A stretch of 64,000 nucleotides of DNA from Syncephalis fuscata S228 (lineage: Eukaryota; Fungi; Zoopagomycota), in NCBI GenBank assembly GCA_025786725.1, contig JAHLTZ010000013.1:186001-250000 (forward strand). Direction: 5' to 3'. Positions within the stretch are counted from its first letter, which is position 1. The number at the start of each line of letters is the position of its first letter. Under the pieces are notes generated by a model that ran no database searches, had not been told where the DNA came from, and saw only the letters and a program-made list of their open reading frames with translations. The position numbers and the translations under genes were made by a program. This document shows, piece after piece, positions 1 to 13,800 of this stretch.

Positions 1-765
1 ACCGACGGCTTTATCTACGAGAGAAATACACCATTTACGCATACGATTCGTTATCGTAGTGCACTAGGCGGTCTAGTTGGTGTTAGTGCCGCAGATATGG
101 CTGCTGCCGATGCAGCCGCTGAAGCTAAAGAAGCATCCCGATTTGCCTGTCGTAATGGCATGCTACTTACCGATGCTGCCGATAACACGAACGATGGCCA
201 AGTCCCTTCAGTCATTGCTGATGGTCATCTAGCCACAGTATTTGCCTGTATTCCCGATCACGTTGAATATGCACTTCATGAACTATTACGCAATGCTATG
301 CGGGCCTCACTTCGACAACGACGCTGTGCCGCTGAGGCTAATCCATCGGCTGCCGAGTCACCTTTTCCACCTATTCGCGTTACGGTGGCTGAAGGGCCGG
401 CCGATCTTATCTTCCGTGTATCTGATCAAGGTGGCGGTATTAGCAGCCGTGACTGTGCACGTCTCTGGCATTTTGGCAGTGATGGATTTAGAGCATTTGA
501 AACGGTACCCGAATTGGCCGGCAAAGTTGGTGAAGAAGCAGCCCGTCCTCACGTCCGTCTTGGTATTGGTCTATTAATGGCGCGTGTCTACGCCGAATAC
601 TGGGGTGGCGGTCTTGATCTACAAAGTATGCCCGGTTGGGGAGTAGATGCTCATTTACGAGTAAGTAAATTGGGCAACCGTATGGAGAATTTAGGCGAAG
701 TAATGCCATCACCAGATACAGCACAGCCATCACTTCAACATCACAATTCTTCTCGGCTATCCTAA
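1..765 (+). CDS. Mitochondrial PDK/BCKDK-family protein kinase (PKP2-like), C-terminal part; 5' end lies outside the window
   Basis: Frame 1 is open from base 1. GHKL/PDK motifs: N-box HELLRNAMRA, G1 SDQGGG, G2 LGIGLLMARVYAEYWGG, and SMPGWGVD. Confidence 0.85.
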   Translation, partial: TDGFIYERNTPFTHTIRYRSALGGLVGVSAADMAAADAAAEAKEASRFACRNGMLLTDAADNTNDGQVPSVIADGHLATVFACIPDHVEYALHELLRNAMRASLRQRRCAAEANPSAAESPFPPIRVTVAEGPADLIFRVSDQGGGISSRDCARLWHFGSDGFRAFETVPELAGKVGEEAARPHVRLGIGLLMARVYAEYWGGGLDLQSMPGWGVDAHLRVSKLGNRMENLGEVMPSPDTAQPSLQHHNSSRLS

Positions 766-1020
766 TTTGATTTAGTTATAACAACGATATGACAATGACA
801 ACTCTATTATTATTATTATTGCTATTACTATTATTCTTGCTATTATTATAATAGTATCACAGTCATATCGTTATTTTTTATTATTCAGTCCTTTTCTTTC
901 TCATGTCTCTAATGTTTATTGTGTGCCCACATTTCTTTCATTTTTGTCTTTCTAATAAATCAATTTTATTCATTTTATTGAATCGATACATATCCTTTCA
1001 TTATTATTGGTAATGCTTAT

Positions 1021-2797
1021 TCAACTAGGCTTCTCTGCTAATATGCAACCAATATTAGGTGTGCATACAAAACGTGCAGCTACTGTGCCCAAAATACTAA
1101 TTGTTTTTGATGATCCATCAATGGCGGCAATTTCTTGAGGAAAAGCACAATCAGCACCGTCCGTTACCTAAAACGATCATATTTGTATTAATAAACCATT
1201 AACGTTTGTTAATCATTTGTTAATTAACTTTACTTACATCCATTTCAATGTTACCAAGACGTAGTCGCATACGCCCTGATTTATACACAACTAGTTTACC
1301 AACTAATCCTTCTACACCATTGGATGTTACTTTATCCGTATCTTTAGTAGCATCACTATTTGTATTGGCGGTAGCACTTGTTGTATCTTCTTGTTTAACA
1401 TTATTAAAATCATGCTCAGTTGTTTCTTGTTTAACTTTAATTGAATCGGATTCTAATACCGCCTCATTCATAGCAGTATCAGCGGACTCATTCTTGATTG
1501 GAGCTGTTGGTTCTACATCCACTGCCATAGCGTCACTTGATTGAGATGTGTTGGCTGGCGCATTGAATTTAGGCAATACAGTTGGAAATTGAAAAAAAAA
1601 CAAATTTTCTTCACGGGCCGACTATTATTCAATTTAATAAATACAATTGAAATAAAACAATAATACAACAATATATATATAACTTACATTCTGTGGGAAT
1701 ACCTGTGTATTGTCACGGAATACTGGATACATAAGATTACGTGCTGGCAATGGTACACTTTCTTCGTCTTGGCCAGTCTCTTCTTCCTCTTCTTCATGAG
1801 TATTGTCGGTGTCCATTGCTACGGCTGGCTCACTTACTTCCTGCTTTAACATAGCAAGAACATCTTTTTCTTGTTTAACTACTACATTATCTTCATCTTC
1901 ATCCTCCATCTTGACAGCAACTAATAATACATGCCATTAATAATAGGCTATTTGGCTATTTACATTTTATTACTTACTAGATGATACTGATGTACCTGCT
2001 TTCTTGGTCTTTGTCGCTTTATGTCCACTTGATGAAGCCGTTGTACTGACTGAATCATAAGCAACAGGTGCCCATAAGTCAACCGGAAATTTAGCAGTAC
2101 CATTGCCAATAGCTGTATCTAAATCGACCATAGAAGCACCACCTGCCATGCCTGATGCGCCACCGCCACCACCACCACCGCCTCCTCCTCCTCCTCCTCC
2201 AGATCGGCCCATTCTCGATGCCGCTATTATGTTATAATATAATGCTCAATATACAATCAACAAAATTAGACCATTTACTTACCAAGTGTCGATGGACCCA
2301 TAGCAAGAAATCCTGTCGCCGTCGATGATAATTCTACTCGGCCTCGTGCAGCGCCGCCTCGACCACCGCCTCGACCACCACGGCCGCGAGATGAACTGCC
2401 TCTCTCTTGCTACTTTAATTTAATATGTAGTCGATACTTTTTGATATTACACAACTTACTTTAACTGTTTCCTTTTTAACAGCACTAATTATTATCATTT
2501 CATTAATATAATTTCTATTGATAATGTGTTTATATTTACACTTCTTTTTTGTTTCGTTTAATTGGCACCGTTGGCATAAATTGCGTCTATAATAAAGTAC
2601 AACATATTATTATACTACTCTTATATTATCAATTCTATTTAACTAGTCGTATATGTACTTACCTTTTGTTTTCCTCCTAGTGTAAAATCTTTACTGGGAC
2701 GAAGTGACGGCAATCGCCCTTGAGGTGTAGGCACCACAGTGCTACTTCCCTCGCTTGGTGTAGTTTCATTTGGCTTTGAATCTTCTTTATCTGCCAT
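1021..2797 (-). CDS. RPC53: RNA polymerase III subunit RPC4/RPC53, multi-exon
   Basis: ATG at 2797 (MADKEDSK...). Spliced C-terminal RPC4 domain: LFFFQFP...VGKLVVYKSGRMRLRLGNIEMD / CAFPQEIAAID...LGTVAARFVCTP. Stop TGA at 1021-1023. GT-AG introns. Confidence 0.88.
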
Positions 2798-2974
2798 GGT
2801 CTATATATATCGGCACAGTAACCGATAAGGCAACAACAATAACGGTAGTTGCAACGTCAATAATCGTAATAATAAACAGCACGACAGTGTTAAGAATAAA
2901 AGAATTCAGAAAAGGAATTACTGTTGTAGATTAGTGGCTATTTCTTTTTCTTTTTTTCTTTTATTAACTTCAAA
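2798..2974. promoter_or_regulatory. Short bidirectional promoter between RPC4 and RRP41
   Basis: Only 177 bp separate the two divergent start codons. Confidence 0.6.
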
Positions 2975-4081
2975 ATGGTAAGTAGCGATTATTATTACTA
3001 TTTAACTTTGTTGTAATAAATCAATATTATTTAGTCACGTCTGGAATTGCTAAGTCCAGAAGGTAGTGTCAATAGCTATAATAGTTTAATAATAAACCAA
3101 CTGTGATAAATAGGTCTCCGTGTAGATGGTCGTCGAGCTGCCGAACTACGCAAACTTAAGTGTAGTCTATCGCCCCTACCTCATGCCGATGGCTCTGCCT
3201 ACATCGAACAAGGCAATACAAAGGTGCTGGCAGTTGTTTATGGACCAAGAGAGGTATTGATACCACCAGCTACATACATTCCATGACTAATGATAACCAG
3301 ACACGTCATAGAGCACAAGTGATGCATGATCGTGTTTACATCAATGTAGAGTATACTGTTGTGCCATTTAGTACAGGTGAACGTAAAAAGAGATCAAAAA
3401 ATGATCGGTAATTAAAGAAATGAATATGCGTTAAAGACTATTAAGCATAGTGTATAGACGCTTATTGGAATCAGCACTAGCAATTAAACAAACATTTGAA
3501 TCGGCCATTCAAACCAATTTGTATCCACGTTCACAGATTGACATTTACATCCAACTACTACAGGATGATGGTGGTAGGTAGATGGATACATATATGATAT
3601 GATATTTAATAGAAGATATTGTATTTAGGTGCATTACAAGCAAGCATTAATGCGGTGACACTGGCTTTAATTGATGCTGGTGTACCTATGCTTGATTATG
3701 TTTGTGCATGTACAGGTGGTAATGTGGACAATCAGCCACTCTTAGGTTAGTTATTGGTTTAACTAATAGACTATAATGCATTACTGACATGGATCAATAA
3801 TTAGATTTAAATCATATTGAAGAAGCATCGGCAGAGACACCTGATTTAACAGTGGCTATTTTGCCACGAAGTGGCAAAGTAACCCTATTACAGGTAAGTA
3901 ACAATGATAATAATGGCTATGTTTGATTGTTGACCACTATTGCATTATAGATGACTTCACGGGTGCATACGATCAATTTGAGCAAATGATATCGTTAGCT
4001 ATTGAAGGTTGTCGTCAAGTTCATTCTATTATGGATGATGCAGTGCGGCAATCAATGAAAGCACTTGTTCAACAAGCATAA
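2975..4081 (+). CDS. RRP41: Exosome RNase PH subunit Rrp41/Ski6, multi-exon, with one apparent 1-nt deletion near 3969
   Basis: Manual splicing gives M|SRLELLSPEG|LRVDGRRAAELRKL...ADGSAYIEQGNTKVLAVVYGPRE...YPRSQIDIYIQLLQDDGG...ASINAVTLALIDAGVPMLDYVCACT. Not in the ORF track because the exons are small. Confidence 0.93.
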
Positions 4082-5771
4082 CAATAACGCTATTGATTCA
4101 TTTCTTATTAATAAATAAATTACAATGCACAAAAAAGTGCAATAACGAGCAATCAATATTAGGATGTTATTGCATAAAAATATATTGTACTTTGGGCCTC
4201 TTAGCCTCAAACTGAAGGACAAAAAGATTCATAGCTCGAATAGTAACCGTCGATCAGTTTTAATACTGAAAAGTGTTATTTGTTGAAGCAGTGCCACATC
4301 AACTTTAATTGAACTAATTGGAGATGAATCAGTCTGCACTATTTTTTAATATTCGATGTTAATCAATGCTAAATAGTATTTTAGGTTACTTACAATAAAA
4401 TGCTATAGTTTGATTATGATGTTGATGCAACAGCGTCAATTTAATTTCTTGTAGTAATAGGTGGTAGAAATGAGAAAGCCTTGATTCACCACCGGCCATT
4501 GTACTGGATACACTGTGCATGTTTCTACTGGCATTAGCATCGTACTATTTATTCATTCATTTAAATTACTGGCTTGTTGCTCTATCTCTTAAAATATGAT
4601 TATGCTTCATTATTTTAATAATGCCACCTTTTATGACTACACTTGTTCTTAAGAAAATAGACTTATTGTATTTTTCTATTACACTCCATACTTTATTGGC
4701 AGTTGCTCTACAATAATAACATTTGATATTAAATGGCTTTAATTTTTCATAATACATTATTTATTGCTGAGCATGTTCTACAATAGTGAGTAGCTCCGAA
4801 GATCAAATGACATTCAGTATAATTGATCTTTTCCTTCAAATGGCACTGCTAATTAATGCTGAATTATATGGTCATCATACACTACTAATAAAACTGTATA
4901 TTGCTAGTTATATTTGTTATGAATTTCAATTCATTTAGTTCATTGCTCTCACTCAGTCACATATATTATAGCTTTGCTGTTATTATTATTCATCTATTGC
5001 CTTTTGTCTATTCATTCTATGCTGTATGATTATATATCCCGAGCTATCTTATACTGTGTTCCTACTTTTAACCATTTCACCATTTCAATCCTTTAAATCA
5101 TACTTTTAGTTATTTAAGTAGTCAATTAATCGTTTGTTTGTTGATTGGTTTATTAATCTAATTGTTTAATTAGGTATCATTATTATCATTTTAATATATA
5201 CATTGTCACTATGATATTAATTGCTCAAATGCCATTTATTTAGTCAGATTGGCTATAGGGAAAGTGGCTGTTTAATAAACGACATTTATAATAGTTATAT
5301 TAGTATTGATCCTGCATCATAAATATGCCCATAATGCAATAGTAGAAATTAGAAAATGAAACAGACCATTCAGATGCAATAATCCATGCTGTACATAGAT
5401 GCAATAACAACAAATGCAGAATGACATGGGATCATAGCCATATGGCTTCTATAAATATTCAAGCAGTCTTTCTACACATGACCAACAACAACAATGATCA
5501 GTCTCAAATGTTTTGATAAAATCAAATAGTATGTTACACTCTTTATTGAAATGCTTAATATTATTGCTAATACAATTTTCTATTACATTTGATGCTGTTT
5601 TATGGAAATGATAATAAGTAATAATATTACATTAATATTTATTGAGAATAATAATTTGTAATAATACAGGTGTTTACTCAATTAGTTAAACTAGATTTAA
5701 CATGTATATTAATATTTATAACTTTTTTGTAGATACATAATCGACCAAACATATTTATTCACATAGGTCAT

Positions 5772-7678
5772 TTACATCTGATCGGTTACAGATGCAACAT
5801 CGTAGGCAAATTCACCCAATGTTACGTTAAACAATCCGTCGTATAAATCCCCAGTTTCTTTACTCTTATTCAAATCATTCTCTTTTTGAATAACACCGCT
5901 AAACAGCAATCTACGGGCAAGTAGGCTACCACAACCAAGTGAAAGCATAATACCGTGACCGCTTAGTGCGCCGCATACCCAAAGGCCATGCAAACTGTTC
6001 TGCTTATTGTCATAGGGGACTGGTCCGATTATTGGGTGATTATTATTTGTTTTGCAATAATAGCCACTTGCAATCGAATCCACGCATTCTAGTGGATTTA
6101 TAAATAAGTCGTTCGGTGGCAGATATGTCTTAAGCTTGGGGAAAATACGTGCCAGGCCTTGTAGAAGATACAAAGGATATTCAACGGGGATTGGTGGTGG
6201 AACTATTAATTTTAACTGTAAATTACTAAAGTTGTCATTTGTTGGTATCGATGTTGTTTGCTGTTTATTATCATAAGTCCAAACGCCCGTAAATTGCCGC
6301 CTATAAATAAAATTTTAATATGATTGATATATTTATATTTATATATAACTTACGGTCGATTTATGTCTTGATTTTCATTATTTTTAACTGGAGGCCGCCA
6401 AGGACGACCATGAACATTTGATGGTAACTTGACAATGGTTTCAGGATCTAGCCTGCTTTGTACGTTTATTGGATCCGACCAATATGTCCATGTGCGCTGT
6501 GGATATGGTCCTACTGCCAAGTGATCGTTGTAAACCACCTAATTATCACTTATTAACTCAAGACTATTTATTGCAGTTTACAATTACTTACACGACCATG
6601 TGGCTCATTAGTCACTGCAAACTGAATATCCAGTTGAGCACCTAATATTGGTAAATAAGGGCCTACTGCAAGTATAACCGCTGGAGTTTGAGTTATATAT
6701 TCTTTTCCTGTAATTCCATGGTTTAATAAAGCCCCTCGTACTACCTTGTTCTATTAGTATAATTAGTATAATAGGATGTAAAATAAATACATACTTACCT
6801 TTGACTGCTTTCATTATTGTTGTATAAAACATTGACCAATGTTACATTTGTGGCTATGGTTATGTTACCCAATGCCATAGCACGATCAGCAATGTGTTGC
6901 CCAAATGCAATAGGATCAACATAACCAGCATTTCGTATATGAAGTAGCGCTTTTACTTCATCTATTACTAAATCTTCGTTTCCTGCTCCATCACTCGCTT
7001 CAGCGCCAAATGAACCATCGAGTTGTGGATGAATGGCTAACACTTGCTGAATAATTTCAGGACAATCAATAACGTCAATACCATCATGTCGATTACGATA
7101 CGCGTCCAAGTCAAATGTATTAACTATTTTTTTATCATTTTTTAAGAATAAACAGTCATTTGATACTGTGTCTGCAGCTTCTGAATTTCCATTCAAATGC
7201 CATGGGCGTCCATTAAACCAAATTGGACCTAGTCTATTTATTAGCAATAATATCTAGCTATTTGTATACACTTACCGCCTCCATGAGCACTTGCTTTAGA
7301 TGCTTGTTTAAGATAATGTTGCGCTTTCTCTACTTGACCACTAAGCATAACATAGCCATCATCCAAAAAAGCTAGAGAGTCTGCAGTATCTTTATTGATC
7401 TCCGTTCGTAGTTGCGTAATACTTTCTCGCGCCAGTCTACCCAATTCTGGGCTTTCCGGCCACCAACAACGGAATCCGCCACCCGCAGCAGCAGTAGTAA
7501 CTGAACATATCTTTGCTTCTTGTTCGATAATTAAGACGCGACAGGACGGCTGAATACGTGCTATTCCATAAGCCGCAGCAAGTCCGGCAATACCGCCACC
7601 TACAATCAGCACATCAACTGATTCAGGCAACTCTGCCGTGATTGATGGCTCCGAGGGTAACAAACTGTCCAAAGTCAT
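5772..7678 (-). CDS. FAD-dependent oxidoreductase (DAO/sarcosine oxidase-like), multi-exon
   Basis: N-terminal DVLIVGGGIAGLAAAY Rossmann motif, TTAAAGGGFR, GYVDP, ILAVGPY, PIIG and GALSGHGIMLSLGCG. The 3' end is approximate and there is a probable phase error near 6800. Confidence 0.8.
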
Positions 7679-9293
7679 TGATACAAGTCTGATGCTAGAT
7701 AGTAAAGTCAATTAGCGCTAATAAAATGGCAGCAACGCTGTGACTTTAAGCTATGTGGGGATATGCACTGCTGACGTGGTCTTTCAAATTCAATGCTTTC
7801 CATTCACTGGTCGTACGGCTGAACACAAGGTAACACGACCAATGTCATAAACACGTTACCGATCGTATTAGATTGCAGAGCTATTTTATTTTGAGCCTCT
7901 ATTTTTTGGAAATAAAAGACATGATATACAAATAAGTTGTAGAATTTTAAAAAGACTAAATAGTGTACACACACAATTGTAATGAAATCAGACTTGTTAA
8001 AACATATGTTATTTATTTATTTACATAAGCTAGTAGGCCATCGCTTTGCCTTCTGAATGTGTTAATGTCACATTTTTATATGGATTGACTTGGAGGCATT
8101 ATAAAATGGTAATTTTTAAATAGTAATCTATTTAGAGTACTTTTTTGTTAATGCTGCCATTGCTTTGCTGGTGGCATTGTTCCATAGTTATATTTAGATT
8201 TATGTGAGTGGTTTTATTTTTGTTTTATTACATCACTTGAACAACTCTCTCATCTGTATTTCAGTTTATTCATGATATTTACATGTACAATGTCATTTCA
8301 TTTATTAATTAAATAAAGATAGTCTTTTTTGTAAACAATAAACAATTTACTAGTCATTTAATGTTTGTTTGGTGGCCAAACGACTACATCCAATAATATT
8401 CGCATATTTAAATCAATTTTTATTATTATCGAACATGGAACTAGTAGTTCACATCAGAATCTAAAATACTCATCATTATAGATTTATTATCCAATATGCA
8501 TATACTATATTCACATATAACATTCACATTTTATTCCACACCACTATAGACACACATTGTTAACGATATAGGTAAATAGAGATATATACATACTAGGTAA
8601 TAAATCTATGATAATAAGTGTTTTAATGGCTAATGTCACTCACCATCCATCACCATGTTCTATAGATTGAATATTATTAAAATAGCCAATTAAAATCAAT
8701 GTATAAGCTTAAATGACAGGCAAATGCCGCAAATGCGCAATTAAGTTCTACGAACCATTGTCGCATTTAAGTTAATAAATCCAAATTTAAATATTAAGTG
8801 AAAACAGAAAGTGTAATAAAAACAAATGGCAAATAGTAGCTTAGACATAGGCCAATTTAATTAATTCATCAATTATTCAAATTATTACGATCGGTTGCGT
8901 AAAATAATTTATTGCGCTGAAGTGGACAAATGACGGAAAAGTATGAGGCGCAAAGTAGATTTACCATCATTCATGAAGCTATTTTTAGAACATACATGTG
9001 TTAATTGTTATTTGATTGGTGGCATTTCCAGATCAGTAAATTACTTGGTACAACAAAGGCGTTTTTAAGCTGCAATGCCCCAGACATTGCGTGAATCGCC
9101 GCCTCTATACTCACCATTATCTTTCTATTGTACTTTTTGTAAGTACTTTCTTTGTTGATATCGCATTAAGCATTGCACTATATTGCTATTGTACATAAGG
9201 TGACGGACCAATTATCGTCATTTTAGTTTCCTGTTTCTATATTTTATATGTTTATACTTTTATATTAGCAAACATTAGCATTATCCATTAGCT

Positions 9294-10635
9294 ATGAGTC
9301 AGGCTGTACTTCGCCAGGCAACGCGGCTGACGCGTCCAGACACACAGATTACCGGGAATCATTTGGCTACCGGTACAGCGCCTATCAAACATGCGCACCC
9401 TGATCCTACAATTTTATCATCGCTTCGCCACTTTATTATTGGCAATTATGTAAATGTTCTTTTGGTGTTTATTCCTCTTGGCTTTATTTCATATTATGTA
9501 GAATGGAGAGGCGAGCTGGTTTTTGTTTTTAATTTCCTAGCAATTATTCCGCTAGCTAGTATGTTAGGCTATGCCACGGAAGAAATTGCTTTGCGCTTTG
9601 GCGAAACCATTGGTGGATTGTTGAATGCAACGTTTGGTAATGCTGTAGAATTGATTATTGCCATTGTTGCCATTAAAGATGGTTTAATTCGTGTTGTGCA
9701 AGCATCGTTGCTTGGCTCAATTCTTTCAAATTTGTTATTGGTAAGAAGGATTGATATTATAAAAATGGATATGTAGCTAACAGCAATAATTGAATAATTA
9801 GGTACTAGGCTTCTGCTTTTTATTTGGCGGACTAAAATACTCTGAACAATCATTCAATTTAACTGCTGCTCAAAACTACGCTTCTTTATTGGCATTGAGT
9901 TGTTTGTCGTTGCTCATTCCAGCTGCATTCTGGATGACCTTAGCCGACCACGAAAAAGCCAATCAAGCTGTTCTTCGTCTATCACATATTGCAGCCATTT
10001 TCTTACTGTTAATTTATATTTTTTATATCTATTTTCAACTACGTACTCATGCTCATTTGTATGAATCTACTAGCGAAGAAAAGACTGCTGCTACTCCTTC
10101 TGCTGCTAATAACTCAAGAATTACACCGCCCATCAATAAAGATCCGGAAGATAATAGTAGCGCCGACCAAAACATTGATCATGCCGAGAATTCAAACAGT
10201 CCACATATAGAATCAGCTGATAATCAAATTCAGGCTAAAGAAGAGGATGACACGGAATACGAGACACTTACACTGCCCTTTGCCATTGCGGCCCTTGTGG
10301 CTGTTACCGTTTTGGTTGCCTTCCACGCCGAAATGCTTGTTAGCTCCATTGAAAAAATTACCAAGGGCGGGGCTTTAAGTGACACGTTTGTTGGTTTGAT
10401 TCTACTTCCAATCGTCGGTAATGCCGCCGAACATATGACTGCCGTTACTACCGCCATGAAAAACAAGATGGATTTAGCTATTGGTGTTGCACTTGGTTCT
10501 AGTATGCAGATTGCTTTGCTTGTCACTCCATTGCTGGTTATCATTGGCTGGATCATTGGCCAACCAATGACTTTGTTCTTCCATGGCTTTGAAACTGTTG
10601 TTGTTAGAATGAAAAGGGACAATAGAATGGATTGA
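9294..10635 (+). pseudogene. VCX1: Vacuolar Ca2+/H+ exchanger (VCX1/CAX), 3'-truncated by a copia LTR at 10602
   Basis: Alpha-repeat motifs [12 protein letters not shown] and LPIVGNAAEH, plus GSSMQIAL. Homology stops at FETVV and the last residues (RMKRDNRMD*) are LTR-derived. The final TM helices typical of CAX proteins are absent from the window. Confidence 0.88.
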
Positions 10636-10868
10636 ATTGAATAAAATGGATTGTTAATTATTTATTAAAATGTGTTACCGATTTTGGTTATTATATAGTT
10701 AGTGGATTCAATTTAGTCACGCGTTATGATGAAGTGTGATTGTTAGTCATGTGTTTGCATTTAAGCATGATTAACCAAATATGGTAATTAATGTCAGGCA
10801 AATACCTGACGGTCAGGGCCTTGGACATATCGAATGAATGCGGTGTAAACACACGCATTATTTCAATA
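10602..10868 (-). repeat. Copia 3' LTR (267 bp), termini TA...CA
   Basis: On the minus strand it begins TATTGAAA right after the PPT and ends TTCTAACA at the VCX1 junction. Only one copy is present, so the boundaries are inferred. Confidence 0.72.
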
Positions 10869-10871
10869 CTC

Positions 10872-13800
10872 CTACTCAACGCATTCATCAATACTTACTA
10901 AGCCAAGTTGTTTGGCTAATTTATTATGTTGTTGTTTTGCTAATCCTTTAGTAAATATATCGGCGCTATTTTCATTTGTTGGGCAATAATTGATATTGAT
11001 TAATTTATCATTAACGGCGTCGCGCACGTAATGGTGTTGAATATCAATATGTTTTGAACGCTTATGATGGACAGGATTTTTACTGAGTGCAATACAACCT
11101 TGGTTGTCACATAGGACAGTAATTGGCTGTTGATTATTGAGTTGAAGTCCAATAATAAAATTATTTATCCAGATGGATTCCTTAGTTGCTTCAGTTATAG
11201 CCATGTATTCAGCTTCGGTTGAAGATAATGCAACTGTTCTTTGACGTTTGCTGGCCCATGTAACAGCGGTGTCAGAAAAAGTATAGACATAACCAGTAGT
11301 TGATTTACGGTCATCAATGTTATTTGCCCAATCGGAGTCAGAATAACCGAGTAATATACCACTACCAGTTGAGTAAGTGAGTGAGTAGTGAGAAGTGCCT
11401 TTTATATATCGCATGACACGTTTTATAGCATTCCAATGAATGGGGCGTGGATTGGATGAGTATCGGCTAAGTAGGCTAACTGTGAATGCTAAATCAGGCC
11501 TAGTTGCTTGTGTTAAATACATCAAGCTGCCAATAGCACTTAGATATGGTATGGTGGCCATATATTCGGCTTCCTTTTCAGTTAAAGGATCAGTACTTTT
11601 ACACAGTTTAATGCCGGTGTCCAGAGGTGCTCCTACTGGCTTAGCATCGCTCATATTAAAACGGGCAAGTATGTCTTGAACATATTTGTGCTGTGAAAGC
11701 GTCATAGTGCCACATTTTCTGTTGTAGGTAATTTGAATACCAAGTATGTGATGAATAGCACCCAAGTCCTTCATTTTGAATCGTGAAGATAAGTCAGACT
11801 TAATCTTTTGGACAATGGTTGATGTGTTGCCAATAATAATAAGATCATCAACATAAACGGCGATATGAACAATGGAGTTGTTTGTGTGTTGAGTATAAAC
11901 ACCTGGATCAGCTTCGTTGCGAATGAATTTAAGAGATAGAAGAAATGAATCAATTACAGAGTACCATGCACGGCCGGATTGTTTTAGGCCGTATAATGAT
12001 TTCTTTAATAAACAGACCAAGTTGCCTTCTTCAAAGCCTTCTGGTTGTTTCATGTAAATTTCTTCATCCAAAGTACCATTTAAATAGGCAGTAGTAACAT
12101 CCATTTGATGTACATGATAATTATTTTGCGTGGCAATAGCCAACAGCAAACGAACAGAAGCGAAGCGGACAACAGGTGAAAATGTTTCTTGATAATCGAT
12201 ACCATAAAGCTGTGAATAGCCTTGAGCCACTAGACGGGCTTTGTATCGTTCAACACGGCCGTGTTCATCACGCTTAACTCGAAAGACCCATTTTGAACCT
12301 ATGGCCTTTCGTTCAGCTGGTAATTGAGTAAGTTGCCAAGTCTGATTTTCAAGCAGGCTATTGATTTCATCCTGCATTGCTTCTTGCCATTTATTAGCAT
12401 CGCTACTTGATAATGCTTGTTTTACGCTGGTTGGCTCAGCGTCGATAGATGTAGATAGCATGCCATAGTCACTAGATTGTGATTTTAAAACGCCTTTTCT
12501 TTGGTTGCGCGATGCAACTAATTCGTTGTATGTTGTCGGCCTGTTTGTAATTCGGTTTGAACGACGTTTTGAATTAGAATTATCATCTGAGTTATCATCT
12601 GAATTATCATCTGAATTATATGGCGAATGTGTTGCAGAATTTGAAGATGAAGATGTTGTAGATGGCGGAGATGCTTGTAAGGAGGATGGCGAAGCGGACG
12701 AAGGCTTAAGTGGCGATGATGCACACTTATCAAATGTATCGATGATTAATTCATCGTGAGTAGAAGGCAGTTGATTTGGTGGTGTATATATTGTTGATTC
12801 GTTGAAGATAACATCACGGCTTTTAATGACTTTCTTGGTGTCGATGTTATATAATTTATATGCCTTACTACCGTCAATATAACCAATAAAAATGCAGTTA
12901 TTTGATTTTGAATCAAACTTATTACGTTGACCATGAATGAGAGTGTACGCAGGTGATCCAAATATTCTAAGATGTGCAACAGAGGGTGTGGTGTTATACC
13001 ACAGTTGATTTGGAATAGCATTATCGATCGATTTGCTGGGCGATAAATTACGAATGTGTGCAGCAGTGTGAATGGCTTCAGCCCAGAAACGATTATGTAG
13101 ATTTGCTGATAATAGCATTGATCGAGCGGATTCAATTAACGTACGATTCATGCGTTCTGCAGTACCGTTTTGCTCAGGTGAATATGGAGCAGTTGATTGC
13201 CAAATGATGCCATTTGAAGATAGAAATTGTTGCATCTGTGATGATGTATATTCAGTACCATTGTCAGAGCGTAATGCTTTAATAGACTGACCAGATTGCT
13301 TTTCAACTAATGATTTAAAATCTTTGAAAGTATCAAACAATTGGTTTTTAGAATGTATGAATCTAGTCCATACCTTTCTAGAGTAGTCATCAATAAATAC
13401 AATGAAATACTTTGATCCGCCAATGCTAGGTGTAGACATTGGTCCACATAGATCAGAATGAATAAGTGCAAGCGGAACAGATGAACGAGGAGTGGAGGCG
13501 ACTTTCTTAATAGGTGAACGATGTTGTTTACCTTGTGCGCAAGCAATACAATCGAATTGGGCATTGTTGGTCGTATCTAAACCAGTAACAAGTTTATTAC
13601 TTATTAGTAATTTTAACGAGTTATGATTTAAATGACCATAGCGTTTGTGCCAGAGATCGTAGTTTGCAGTTGCGGCAGGAATGGAAGAAAGTAAAGAGAC
13701 ATCAGAGATATGTAATTTAAAATTAAGTAAATAAAGATTGTTTACGAGGACGGCTTGGCCAATATGAGTACCAGATGTAGAAATGATTTTGCAATCAGAA

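Noticed and set aside
4200-5700. Possible gene remnant or ncRNA
   Set aside because: Only a 63-codon AT-rich ORF; no snRNA, tRNA or SECIS-like signature could be supported by eye.
12575-12620. Short tandem 12-bp repeats (NSDD)
   Set aside because: Low-complexity linker within copia pol, not an array.
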